A stretch of 63,736 nucleotides of DNA, counting the filler, from Octopus bimaculoides (taxonomy: Eukaryota), in NCBI RefSeq assembly GCF_001194135.2. It is 4 parts of 4 records of this genome, joined end to end, with 100 filler letters (N's around TTAATTAATTAA, not from the genome) between each part and the next. Parts side by side here need not be neighbours in the genome. Positions count along the whole stretch, not along the records: positions 45,617 to 62,104 come from NC_068982.1; positions 62,205 to 63,736 come from NC_068996.1; 2 more parts are not named here. One strand, written 5' to 3'. Shown in pieces: positions 50,918 to 63,694 of this stretch. Below the pieces are notes generated by a model. That model did no database searches. It worked only from the letters and a program-made list of their open reading frames with translations, and had not been told where the DNA came from. Position numbers and translations under genes: made by a program. Position 1 is the first letter of the stretch. Each line of letters starts with the position of its first letter.

Positions 50918-51429
50918 TTGAAAATTACATTTCTGATCATATAACCACTTCAAATATTATTTTAGCCTGTTTAAAGTGATTTGTTTTTGTTCCATACACC
51001 ATTTACTATTACTGGGGTGCCCTGCTTCCCTTGATGTCCTTAGCAGATGCTTATTTTGCTCAATGGTTAATCCAGCACTGACCTGACCATATACAGAAAA
51101 AGCCATGTGGCTGGTCGGCATGAAACCACCCAATAGCACAGTCCAACCTCTCAAGATCACTAATGTACTCCTTCCTTGTTTTGCCTTTTCTCTCCCAGTT
51201 GCTCTGACCACTAGCATAGCTAGTGGCCCTTCTGTTTGCCACCCCTGGACCCCACAAAAAAAACACCTATTGCCTACAGCAAACCCAAAGGTGCTACCTC
51301 TTTAAAAGTTCCACCAGGGGTGGACCACCCCCACTGGACACCCCACCTCAGCTACACTGGTGGCTCTGACCAATGATTCTCACAGCTCACTGATTTCATG
51401 CAACCACCACTCAAACACAGCCAACTGAC

Positions 51430-51830
51430 ATGTCATCATCTATATCATATATTACAGGATCTGTCATCACCTGTATTGTATATATCGGGATCTGTCATCA
51501 CTTATATTGTATATTATGGGATCTGTCATCACCTATATCGTATATTACAGGATCTGTCCTCACCTATATCATATATTACAGGATCTGTCTCACCTACATC
51601 ATATATTACGGGATCTGTCATCACCTATATTGCATATTATGGTATCTGTCATCACCTGTATTGTATATTACAGTATATGTCATCACCTATATCGTATATT
51701 ACAGGATCTGTCCTCACTTATATTGTATATTACAGCATCTGTCATCACCTACATTGTATATTATGGGATCTGTCATCACCTATATCATATATTACAGTAT
51801 CTGTCATCTCCTGTATTGTATATTACAGGG
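51430..51830. repeat. 31-bp minisatellite, about 13 units
   Basis: Consensus ATCTGTCATCACCTATATCGTATATTACAGG. Confidence 0.95.
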
Positions 51831-51944
51831 TCAGCCAGGCAATAGGATGTTGTTATACATCGCTGGTCATTGTTTTTTAAATGATGCCCACCCCCACTGG
51901 CTAATATTCCTGCTGATCAGAAAGCTAGTACATCTCAGGGTTAA

Positions 51945-52080
51945 CCATCTACTGCTGAGTGGACTGCAACAATGTGAAGTGAAGTGTTTTGCTCAAGGAC
52001 CCAACACATGCATGGTCTGGGAATTGACCCACAATCTAGCAATCGTAAGTGAAACACCCAAACCACAGGGCCACATGCCA
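51945..52080 (-). mobile_element. SINE family E 5' part
   Basis: Reverse complement contains GGGTCAATTCCCAGACC and CCTTGAGCAAAACACTTCACTTCACATTGTTGCAGTCCACTCAGC. Confidence 0.7.
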
Positions 52081-53032
52081 CCCCAATCCTCAGCCCTGCA
52101 TTAACCACTAACTCTGTTCTTCCTACCCAAAGCATCAGCTTCCTGAAATCTTCCTACAAATATTTTTTTTCTATGGCTGTCCAAAAGCATCATCATATCT
52201 GTTTCACTGGAGGGGCTGTGATGGCTATGAGCACAGCCTCTTACAAAAAAACCAAATCATTAAATAATGAAAGAAATATTTGAATTCAGAGTAAAAATAG
52301 ATTGGAGGAAATTTAGGTAGAAATATTCTGAAATTACTGGAAGAACTTTAATGACTTAATAAGGCTGAAAATTCAAAACAAATAAAGAAAGATATTTTTT
52401 TTTTTATTTTGGGGATGTAATTTACTGTGAAACAGATTCAGTGATCAAGAAAATTTAATCTGGTACAGATTTACTGAGAAAGTTTATTATTTAACCTTTA
52501 ACAATAACCTCTGTCCTTTTTTTGCTGGGTTTTTTTTCTTGTTGTTGTGCTATACTTTAAACTTTCATGTGCTGCTTTATCTGTTTCGTCAACCTTCTTC
52601 TTGTTATTTCATTATAATCAAGCCAATAAAGGAGCTCAGAGAAACTGTAAGGCATTCTGGAAATGTGTTGTCTAGTTTAACACCAGGAAACTCCAATAAA
52701 GATCCCAGCAAAATAAGCACAAGCTCAGGGCATCAAGTGAAGGGAAGCATCACAGGAATAGTAAATGGTTTATGGCACAAAAGAAAATCACTTTACACTT
52801 GTTAAAATAATATTTAGGATGCCTTATCTCTACTAGGAATAGAAGTAGATTTGTTACATAAGTTTAATTTTGAAGATTTTATCAAAGACTTTGCAATTAA
52901 AAAAAAACTAAAGAACTTTTCAAATATATTTCGTTTTTGTATGTAGTTTTCAAGATTCTTTATGTGAATTCGTGTGTTGAAGTATATTTCATTGTGTCTG
53001 GGGAGAGTCATTCTCTTTTAGTGCCCTATTAA

Positions 53033-53256
53033 TTTAACACACTCATTGGTCTGATTTCCACTCATTTATTATTTTTTACTAAGATTTTTGTTGCGACTTG
53101 CAACCTTTTCAATAGTCATTGATTCTGTCCGGACAGAATCAACGACTATTGGAAAGGTTACAAGTCACATGACTATTGAAAAAGTTGCAAGTCACAACGA
53201 AAATTTTAGTAAAAAATAAGTAAATGAGTGGAAATCAGACTGGTGAGTGTGTTAAA
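53033..53256. repeat. Zero-loop foldback palindrome (probable MITE)
   Basis: Centre GTCC|GGAC at 53130/53131; ~98-bp arms ending in TTAACACACTC / GAGTGTGTTAA. Confidence 0.9.
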
Positions 53257-53412
53257 GTTTCAAATATAAATAAAGTGGAAGTATACAAAAAAAAATTTAT
53301 TTTCCATCTTATTGTTATATTTGTTTCATTTTTGAAATGTAAAAATTTATTTTATGGTTTATTATTGTTTATATTTCAAATTACATATATCGTTGCCTCT
53401 GCCAGAAGTGTA

Positions 53413-53978
53413 GCCAGCTCACTTATTCGTATCTCTACTTCATTGGACACTAAACTCTGCTTGCGAAGACCTGTTGAGGCAAGTGAAATAGAAATCATAA
53501 TTGAACCATATTCGATGACTGGCACCTGTGCCAGTGGAGCACTAACAGCACCATCCGAGTGTGATCATTGTCAGAGCAGCCGTCTGGCTTCCATGCCAAT
53601 GGCAAGTAAATAGCACCATTTGAGCGTGATCATTACCAGCGTCACCTTACTGGCACTTGTGCCGGTGGCACGTTAGAAAATCATTCGAGCAAGGTCGTTG
53701 CCAGTGCCACTGGACTGGCTCCTGTGCAGGTGGCAATTAAAAACACCATTTTCAGTGTGGATGTTGCAAGTACTGCCTGACTGGTCCCAGTGACGATGGC
53801 ACGTAAAAGCACCCACTATACTCTCGGAGTAGTTGGCGTTAGGAAGGGCATCCAGCTGTAGAAACTGCCAAATCAGATTGGAGCCTGGTGCAGCTATTTG
53901 GTTGTCCAGTCTTCAGTCAAATCGTCCAACCCATGCTAGCATGGAAAGCGGACGTTAAACGATGATGATGATGATGAT
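53413..53978 (+). mobile_element. Family A RTE-tail repeat, long copy
   Basis: CATTGGACACTAAACTCTGCTTGCGAAGACCTGTTGAGGCAAG through AAAGCGGACGTTAAAC(GAT)n. Confidence 0.9.
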
Positions 53979-55269
53979 TGGGGTACCAAAATCCTTGAAA
54001 TGCTTAGGGCCTCTATGGGTCTTAATCCAGGCTTGAGTCCCAGAATATTTTGAGTGGAGTTCACTGTTACAAGATTCAGAAAATAAATATCTCCCTCTGT
54101 GGGCGACTCAATATCCCTCTCTCCTTTTCCCACTTCATGAGACTCCTGAAAGATCTTATTCATTGTCCTTCCTTCTCCGATTAAATCATAAAAAAAAGGA
54201 AGAATACGTTATATAATATGGTCCTAAATGTAGTCTGCATGAAATAATAATAAAAAAAAATGGTTTAGATGAACCCAAATGCAACGGCATTGTTCAATCA
54301 TTGGTGTGATCGATTGAGGATGACCTGAAGCCAAGCACCAATGACTATCTCATTCTAATTCACACATCTGAAGAGCTTCAATATGTCTGACCTTTCTGTT
54401 TTTCTGCATTAAAAAAATAATCTGTCATTATCAGTGATGACATTCAGAGAGAAAGAAACACTGAAACAACGACTATTAATGACAAAAATGTCAGCTCACC
54501 ACCACCACCACCATCGCCGCGGCCATCACCATTTTTATTCTCATCATCCTCCTCATCATCATCATCTTCATTACCAGCATTGCTGCTGCTACAACCAATA
54601 CCAACCTTCATCAGTTTTACTGTGGTGGTTATTCTTATTGTTGTTTAATCTCAGACCAACCCTAATCAGTGATCAAAAACATTCCAACCATGACCCTCCC
54701 ACCTTTCTTCGGCTATAGTGTTCCCCTGGACTACATCTGTCCCTCCATTTTTATCTATATAAACAGCAGAGCATAATTTAAGGGTGGCTTGCTGAGTATT
54801 TGTAGTAAGTCTAATCATCAGGAATATGTTTCCAATCATGTTTGCCACTATTACGGATGGTAGTGGCCATGGCATAAGTGTTACCGATGTTGGAATTGCT
54901 TTTTGAACTTCATTTTCCAGAATTGGCATCGTCTGGAAAATCTGCTATAGTGCATGTCACCTTTGTCAACAATGCTGTATTTTCTCTTACCAATAAAGTC
55001 AATTACATCCCAGCACAATAAATTTCACATAAGAATATATTTTTAGCATTGCCCTAAAAAGGAACACAAAATTTCGACCTTGTTGGATATTATTCAGCTT
55101 AAGAGAAGTCTGAATGGTGGAGTTACATTTAGTCAAATAAATAATGCAGTTTATTTATACTTCTTTTAGTTTTCAAAATTAAGATAAACAAAGTTCTTCT
55201 CTAATCCAAAATATACTCTCCTTCATTTTCTGCTATGCTCTTCCATTTATCTGGTTGACTTGCAAGGCC

Positions 55270-55530
55270 CCTCTTCCAAAATTCACTTCCCCGTGATGAA
55301 AAATGCTCTGACCTCGTCTACAGAATTCATATTTTTCCCATCCAAATTATATTGAAGACTGTGAAATAAATGATAATCACATGAGGTAGTGTCCAGCGAA
55401 TATGATGGGTGGAGCATCGTTTCCCATTTAAACTGCTGCAGCCTTTGGTATGTTATCCTCACTGTTTGTGGCCAAGCATTATCCTGATGGAAAAATAAAG
55501 ATGGTTGTTTTCCTTCTAGCACTGACATAA
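55270..55530 (-). mobile_element. Mariner transposase fragment (DD34D catalytic C-terminal part)
   Basis: FFHQDNAWPQ...WETMLHPSYSLDTTSCDYHLFHSLQ matches the HDNARPH...HPPYSPDLAPSDYHLF motifs. Confidence 0.85.
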
Positions 55531-57483
55531 TCCACTCAAGCTGCTTACAGTAAATCTCTTTTGTTATCGTTTGGTTTGGGTTTAAAAGTTCAAAGTGAAC
55601 TTTTGATCTATTTCAGCTTATTAGGATCTCATCAGCAAAGTGTTACCTTCAGTTTCAGAATAAATTAACCGACAATGAACACTTGAAAACAAGTGTAAGA
55701 GAAAAATTATTGAATACATAATAGAGAATTAATTAATCAGTAAGTTAATTATGTATGTGAATATATATTTAGCCTAGAACTAAATTATTCTGGGAGATAT
55801 AATCCCCAGAATGTGAGTTTGGCAATTAAAGTAAAATTATCTAAATGTCAGAATCGTCTATTCTCTCTAAGGCTTATTGTCTTCAAATTATTTGCAAGTA
55901 AGACTAAATATACCTATGTATTCTCATATGAGATTAATTAATGTTTAAGTTCCGTGCTATGTTGCGTAATTTAGTCTCAAATCTGGCCTCTCCAGAACCT
56001 TGGACTTCTTCTGCCAGCAGCATCTTCTAACATCAATGCAATAACCCTTTTCCATTCAGTAGATGTGGGGAAAATGTCATTGCTTTAATAATCAAATCAG
56101 TTTCTATGGTATGGAGGGCTATAGAATCTTCCCATGTCATTCCAGCACAATAAAAATATACTGTTATTACATCAAAGCACCACATTTTCTCAATTATGCC
56201 ATTTTGTTTAAAATATCAAAAAAAAAAAAAGAAAAAAAAAGGACAGATAAATCAAAAAGATTCTAAATCTACTAAACATTATTCTATCTTCCATTTTGTT
56301 TCATTCCAAACATAAATTGAATCCTGAGGGAAATATTTTATAATACCACTGTGTTTATTATTTTATTGTGTTTTATCATTTTGTAAGAACACTAACATAA
56401 TTTGCACAAAAACTCTAAATCTATCATATTCAATATCCTTTTGCATATAAACTTCAATTCACTCTTGGTTGTTTTCTGCATTTTTGCTGTCCTTTTTAGG
56501 TTTGTTTGTTTTTTCATTAAATTCATTTTGCTGTTTCATTTTCTTATGCATTCTGTTTTTATTCCTTGTAACAACACATCGACATAGAGAATAAATACTA
56601 AGATACTGTTACTATTCTGAAACCTCTATAATAAACATTCTGCAACTAAATGTTCATAGAATATATGACACACTATTGACAAAAGCTATACTTGAGTTAT
56701 AATAATATTATACAAAGAAGAAGCTCTAAGTTTGAAATTTATTTATCAACTGATCAAACAATGCAACAATTTCTAAAAATATTTTGTATCACTTTTTTTT
56801 TTATATTTGCTACAAGCAAATAAATTTATTACTCTGGAAAGCATTTTCCATTGTTGATTTATTTATTTTATCATTTCAATTTTTATTACAACAAAAAGCT
56901 GTCCTTTTTATAACGAATATAAATTTCAGAGAGCAATCTGTTTACATGATTTACATTATACTTCTTATAACATCAACAATCTGTGTTTGTATCTTAGAAA
57001 TTTCAATAAATATCTTCTTTAATCTTCATCAGGTTCTTCCTGTTGAAATTTTTTGACACAGTCTTTCTTTCTCCTTCCGCATTTCTCTCTGTATATTTCT
57101 CTCTTTCTCTTTTACTCTTTCTCTTCACCCCTCTCTCTTTTACTCTTTCTCTCACTCTCTCGCTTCACATACATGTATCTTGTGATGCATGCGTTCCGAT
57201 CATTAGGAATTTATATGGTGGAAAATGTACTTCAGAAAAATAAATTGCTGAAGGGCATTCACTCAATTTGAAGGAAAAGAGAAAGAATACCAGAATAACT
57301 GTCGACATTGTGTTTCAATGCAAGGCTTTATTCAAAAGGAGCAGAACAATTTGCTGGGATTTTAATGCATATGCATTCTTTGGGAGCTCCCTGACATATC
57401 AACCTGTTCCCACCAATTAAAAATACATTTAACTTCATATTTAATGTGTGTGTGTGTGTTTATATATATATAGGTATAGATAC

Positions 57484-57566
<83 letters not shown>

Positions 57567-57618
57567 CATGTACATACATATATATAGATTTATATAGATA
57601 TATACATATATACATATA

Positions 57619-57686
<68 letters not shown>

Positions 57687-58150
57687 ACCAGCCCACTTAT
57701 GCATACCTTTCTTTCATTGGACGCTAAACTCTGCTTGCGAAGACCTGTTGAGGCAAGTGAAAGCGAAATCAAATTCGATGACAGCACCGCATGACTGGCA
57801 TCTGTACTAGTGGAGTGCTAAGAGCACCATCCGAGCGAGGTCATTGCCAGTGCCACTGGACTGGCTCCTGTATAGGTGGCACGTAAAAAACACAATTTGA
57901 GCATGGCCGTTGCCAGTACCGTGAGCGTGTCCATTGTCAATACCGCCTGACTGGCCCTCATGCTGGTGGCATGTAAAAGCACCCACTACACTCTCAGAGT
58001 GGTCGGCGTTAGGAAGGGCATCCAGCTGTAGAAACTCCGCCAGATCAGATTGGTGCCTGGTCTAGCCATCTGGTTCACCAGTCCTCAGTCAAGCCATCAA
58101 ACCCATGCCAGCAGGGAAAGCAGACGTTAAACAATGATGATGATGATGAT
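57687..58150 (+). mobile_element. Family A RTE-tail repeat
   Basis: Collinear with 53413-53978 but with a different number of internal subunits. Confidence 0.9.
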
Positions 58151-59134
58151 ATATATATGTATATGTATACATTTGTATACATTTTCGTGACAGGTCCTTC
58201 TATATATTTTATATTTTTATGAACATATATACTTTTTACCGTCTATGTTTATATATGTATTCCTTTTATATGCTGAAGGTCATGGTATTATTTGTATCTG
58301 ATGAGATGTATAGAAGCGTGGGGCTATATAATGTCGTTGGCCTGAATTTGATATTTGTTCACTAATCAATGATTAGTTAATAACACTATCTTTTTTTTTT
58401 ATATTTTCCTATTCTTTATCCACAGAAAGTATTTCTTCATTAGACGAATTATACCTTTAACGTGACAGATGATTATTATTGTAAAACCTAGACATTTTAT
58501 GTATTGTACTAATAATTGCTTTCCTTAACGTACAGATATTTTTGCCTTTTCCTATTTTATTTGTATTCTTAAACATTAGGATGCGTTTTTTGAATTTACA
58601 AGACCTGAAGAGTGTCCTCATTCTGAGTGGAACTTATCTTCACCGATTTATTGTAAATTGCACAGATCTTTTCCACTATTATGTGGTTACGAAATGCATG
58701 TAGTCTATTATTCACCTTCATTTTGATAAATATACTAAACTGAATTAAATTTTTAATCTAATATTTTATAGATTTTATGGATTATAAATTTTCTTTTGGA
58801 TTCTACAGTTTTTTAAAATGAGTATTTGGAGTATCTTGATGGTGTCTGATCTCCTTCGTTGCCTCAATTGCATCATGGTGGTTCTTCTCTAAATTATAAA
58901 AATATAAAAATATTTTTTAAAAATAGAAATATAAAAATATAGAAATATAAAAATATAGATATGTAAACATAGTAATAATGGAATATAGGAAAACAAACGT
59001 TTATAGAAATTGAAAATATAATATAGAGAAAGTAATAGGTATTAAAAGGAGTTTGGGTAACATGTTAGAGGAAAATAAGGTGATTTGAACATTTTTTATT
59101 GCATCTATTCTACTTATATATATATATATATATA

Positions 59135-59697
59135 TGTGGAAGCGCAATGGCCCCAGTGGTTTCAAAGGGCCAGCCTTGTCACACTCTGTGTCATGCTGAA
59201 TCTCCCTCCAAAACTATGTTATGAGTGCATGCGTCTGTGGAGTGCTCAGCCGCTTACACATTAATTTCCCGAGCAGGCTGTTCCATTGATTGGATCAACT
59301 GGAACCCTTGTCATCGTATGTAGAGGTGCAATGGCCAAATGGTTAGGGTAGTGGACTCACAGTGATAGGATCACGGTTTCAATTCTCAGTTGGGGTGTTG
59401 TGAGTGTTTATTGAGTGAAAACACCTAGAGCTCCAGGAGGCTCCAGCAGGGGCTGGTAGCGAACCCTGCTGTACTCTTTCCCCACAACTTTCTCTCACTC
59501 TTTCTTCCTGTTTCTGTTGTACCTGTATTTCAAAGGACCAGCTTTGTCACACTCTGTGTCATGCTGAATCACCCCAAGAACTACGTTAAGGGTACATGTA
59601 TCTGTGGAGTACTCAGCCACTTGCACGTTAATTTCCCAAGCAGTTCCATTGATTGGATCAACCAAAACCCTCGTTGTCGTAACCGATGGAGTGCCAT
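59135..59697 (+). mobile_element. Two tandem SINE family D copies (first internally deleted, 59135-59318; second near full length)
   Basis: Collinear with the reverse complement of 26909-27298; the first copy jumps from CAGTGGTT to TCAAAGGGCC. Confidence 0.88.
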
Positions 59698-59759
59698 GAT
59701 AAATATATATCTATTTATATGTATGCTTGTGTGAGTGTGTATGTTATTCTCTCTTTCTC

Positions 59760-60092
59760 TCTCTCTCTTTATCATGACTTTATGTGGTTGTTGTAAATGA
59801 AAGTCACTCTCATACAAGAGGTGTACTTCGTTTCCAGCTTTCTGGAGGAAGCATGTTTCATCTTGGGATGAAGGTTGGTGATAGGAAGGGCATCCAGCAG
59901 TAGAAAATCAGCCTCAACAAATGCTGTCCAACGCATGCAAGCATGGAAAAGTGGAATTTAAAACAATGTTGATGATGAAGATGAAGATGATGCTGATGAT
60001 GACGATGATGATGATGATTATCACGACGACAACGATGATGATGACGATGATGATGATGACAATGGTGACGACGGTGATGATGACGACGGCAC

Positions 60093-60149
<57 letters not shown>

Positions 60150-60282
60150 GGATGATAATGACGATAACGACGATGATGATGATGATGATGATGATGATGA
60201 TAATGATGATGACAATGACGATGATGACGATGATGATAATGATGATGGTGATGATGATGATGACGACGACGACGATAATAAT
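59760..60282 (+). mobile_element. Retroposon with family A-like 3' terminus and a very long (GAT/GAC)n tail
   Basis: GTTGGTGATAGGAAGGGCATCCAGCAGTAGAAA...GCATGGAAAAGTGG followed by about 310 bp of (GAT/GAC)n. Confidence 0.7.
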
Positions 60283-61138
60283 GAAATTTATTCATCTATT
60301 CCTATTCACAAGCAACTAAGTCCGTATTTAAGAAAATATTAGGGTCCGATGCTATTCTGTTCAGAATAGCCAGAACATCTTCATGGCTGAACTATATATA
60401 ACACTGTTAATGGATAGCTCCTGTAAACTTTGCATTAAGCATTCTATTTTACTTAACACATGGATACAATACAATAATGTGTTTGTTGTTATAGATTCAA
60501 CTTCTGTCTCAGGCACTGAAATAAGTTCTTAAATAAAGTCGATCATTGAGTTTACTTTACGCTGTCTAATAAAGCAAGCAATTTAATGAGCTATGTTTAG
60601 TGTTAGCCTTAAATGTGTATCCAAAATGTTGAAAGCAATTCTGTGCTGAAACTAATGTTGAGTGTTCCCAATCAGCTAAAAGGCAATTTATTGATTTCTT
60701 AGAAAGTAATTCATAAAATTAGCATTGCTGAATATGATTTAATGCTTCATTATTTATACTAGAAACGTAAGTGTTATTCGTGCTATCAAATCCAGAAAGA
60801 TGAATGGCTAAATCAACATTAGCAGAGTCTATGGGATCTAAGACGATGAATGAATGGCTAAGATGACACTAGCAAAATCTATCGGATATAATGCCATCCA
60901 AACTCTTCATTACATGACTAGGTTCTGATGAGCCATATAAACAAATGTAATTCTTGAAGACAACATAATAATATAATAATGAGCTGATTGCATTCGGTGC
61001 TCAGGTACACAATGACTCACCAGAAAAAGGTAAAAGATGGGAACAGAAAATAGCAGTCAGTCCAGTAAATAAAGACAGCAATGAAGGCCATATATGCATG
61101 CAGAGTATACAAACAATTTATCCCTATAAGGATAATTT

Positions 61139-61566
61139 TCCAGGGCAACTGACTTGGTAAACACCAACAAAATTATTCACCATTGCACCAACAACCACCT
61201 CAAGCACTTTTTTGAGCTCCATGTGTCTAACACACGTGGGCATGCCTACAAAGTCAGAAAACAGCAGAGCTCCCAAGACTTTCAGAAACATTTTTTCACA
61301 CTCAGAGTTGCTGAAGCATGGAACAAACTACCTGCATCAGTTGTTAGTTGCCAAGACATTGCATCCTTTAAAACCTCCTGAAATTCACCAACACTACATC
61401 TGATATCCACCGCCCTCCATATACATGCACACATGTATATAATAACTCATATACACTGTTCACTTTTCTGACGTTTGTACATAATTCTATGTACTGTACA
61501 TACACCTTTGATGGGTTGCACCTGAGTACTATACACAATAATTTCATTATTTTTATTATTATTATT
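61139..61566 (+). mobile_element. CR1-type LINE 3' end (ORF2 C-terminus, UTR, (ATT)n tail)
   Basis: NTRGHAYKVRK...HFFTLRVAEAWNKLPASVV is the canonical CR1 C-terminal motif. Confidence 0.85.
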
Positions 61567-61599
61567 TTTATACCCCAGGAGTTACTTAGCTTTTCTTTT

Positions 61600-61817
61600 T
61601 AGAATTTAGGTTACTCCATCAAATTTAATGTTTATTTAATCACGTTGTTCGAATTAGTCAATCATTATCTCAGAGCTTTGAGATTTCGATGATGAGATTT
61701 AAAATTTTTAGAATGACATTGAAGGATAAGTGTGAGAGGTCAGATCTGGCCAGTTTGAACATAAAACAGGTAGAATACTTTGGATGGATATGGTTGGTTT
61801 AAATGCTAAAGGGTTAA
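61600..61817. mobile_element. Possible piggyBac-like non-autonomous element, one terminus only
   Basis: Ends CTAAAGGG|TTAA; no matching left terminus was found. Confidence 0.35.
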
Positions 61818-61904
61818 TGGTAGAGAGTGCTAAGAGCACTCTGCCAGAATTTGAGAAGTACAGGTTTTGATTCTCTGTAGAGGCTCAATGGCCATTTTTG
61901 TATA

Positions 61905-62065
61905 GGTGCAGGCATGGCCGTGTGGTAAGAAGTATGCTTTCTTACCACATGGTTCCAGGTTCAGTTCCACTGTGTTACACCTTGGGTAAATGCTTTCTAC
62001 TATAGCCTTGGGCTGACCAAAATCTTGAGTGGATTTGGTAGATGGAAACTAAAGGAAGCCTATCA
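61905..62065 (+). mobile_element. SINE family C 5' half
   Basis: GGTGCAGGCATGGCCGTGTGGTAAG...GGTTCAGTTCC...CTTCTACTATAGCC-like core; cut by the assembly join. Confidence 0.8.
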
Positions 62066-62104
62066 TATTTATGTGTGGGGGAGGTTGTGCGTGGGGGGAG
62101 GTTG

Positions 62105-62204
62105 NNNNNNNNNNNNNNNNNNNNNNNNNNNNNNNNNNNNNNNNNNNNTTAATTAATTAANNNNNNNNNNNNNNNNNNNNNNNNNNNNNNNNNNNNNNNN
62201 NNNN
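62105..62204. other. Artificial scaffold join (44N-TTAATTAATTAA-44N)
   Basis: Same exact 100-bp pattern. Confidence 0.95.
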
Positions 62205-62693
62205 ATATATATATATATATATATATATATAATAGATAGAGAAGTGAAAAGTATATTTGTATCGCGCAGAAACTGCAAGACCTACTTAACTTTATTGCTA
62301 GCTCTTCTCTTGATGGTAACAATCGGAGAATTGGAAATTTTTCTATATCTTCAGTAGGTACTCCAAGGTGACAAACATTTCGCTTCTAAGCCTGTGCACT
62401 TCACCTGAGTAGAGCACCGTGGACTAAACTGCTTTTGAAACTTGATTTTTTTTTTAAAGTCGAAAAAGAATGTATTAGTTATGAGTCAATAAAGGAGTCA
62501 CAAAGGTGGTTGCTACACCTACAAGAAATAGTGACCAAATCGCCTTCAGAATACCTTCTACCACCTTAAAAATGGTTCAAGATTAGGGATAGCGTAGTCC
62601 TAGGTTCACTATGGCATGTTTTCATTATAGTTCTTCCCATTCAGGGCTGACCAAACATAATTATGACTGCAAAAACAATATAAACAGAAGAAG

Positions 62694-62731
62694 AATGAAT
62701 GAATGAATGAATGAATGAATGAATGAATGAA

Positions 62732-62791
<60 letters not shown>

Positions 62792-62802
62792 GAAGAAAAT
62801 GA

Positions 62803-62854
<52 letters not shown>

Positions 62855-62855
62855 A

Positions 62856-62894
<39 letters not shown>

Positions 62895-63003
62895 AAAAAG
62901 AAGAAGAAGAAGAAGAAGAAGAAGAAGAAGAAGAAGAAGAAGAAGAAGAAAAAGAAGAAGAAGAAGAAGAAGAAGAAGAAGAAGAAGAACAACAACAACA
63001 ACC
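62694..63003. repeat. Compound microsatellite (GAAT)n-(GAT)n-(GTA)n-(GAA)n-(CAA)n
   Basis: Direct read; source of the poly-F/Y/I/D/E pseudo-ORFs. Confidence 0.95.
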
Positions 63004-63694
63004 ACAAATATTTAATCAATATCGATAATTTCACTAAGAAATCCCAGTCATTGCTGTGTTGCTCCACTTGTAGCGAAATTTCTTCCAGACCATATTCGTC
63101 TTGGGTAACAAGAATAAAAGAAAAAGGTGATACGTTAGGAAACGTAGCAGATTTTGATAATCCTTAATCCTAACAAAAAAGGTAAGGTCACGGTTGGAAT
63201 GTTTTTAGATTTGTGTCTGCCCGATCATAGTGTACTAGGATGAAGCGGGCTAAATTATAATGGCAACAATGGAGTCGTCGAGGAAGACGAACGCGATGAC
63301 GACGACGACGACGAGATTAACGCTGACAACGTCTTTCAGAGAGGATTATCTTCCCATTGGTCCAGGCAAGATCCTATAAGTAAACCTTTATTGCTCAGCA
63401 AACATCCTGATATATTCAATACGCTCGATTTAATTGACAAAGACATCGATTACGTAGCTTCGAACCATGGGAGGTGTGTGTGTGTGTGGGTGGGAATTCA
63501 TTGATTTATTGAGAAACTTTATTAGAGAACTGTTGTCATTTATACACACGCATGTCTCTCTCGGTCTGTCTATCTGTTTGTTTGCCTGTCTGTCTCTATG
63601 TTTGTGTATGTAGGTGTGCATCTGTATATATATGTACGTGTGTATGTACGTAATATATATGTATGTATGTATTATGTATGTGTGTATGCCTGCA

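Noticed and set aside
51398-52104. 160-224 aa Cys/His/Tyr-rich ORFs resembling zinc-finger arrays
   Set aside because: Translation of a 31-bp (non-triplet) minisatellite; the peptide cycles through all three frames.
52640-52805. Open frame ELRETVRHSGNVLSSLTPG... as an exon
   Set aside because: No convincing splice sites; the alternative frame NCKAFWKCV suggests an old LINE linker remnant.
54666-55060. Minus-strand PILENEVQKAI / NIGNTYA peptides as an RTE fragment or exon
   Set aside because: Only faint, inconsistent motif similarity in different frames; cannot be assigned.
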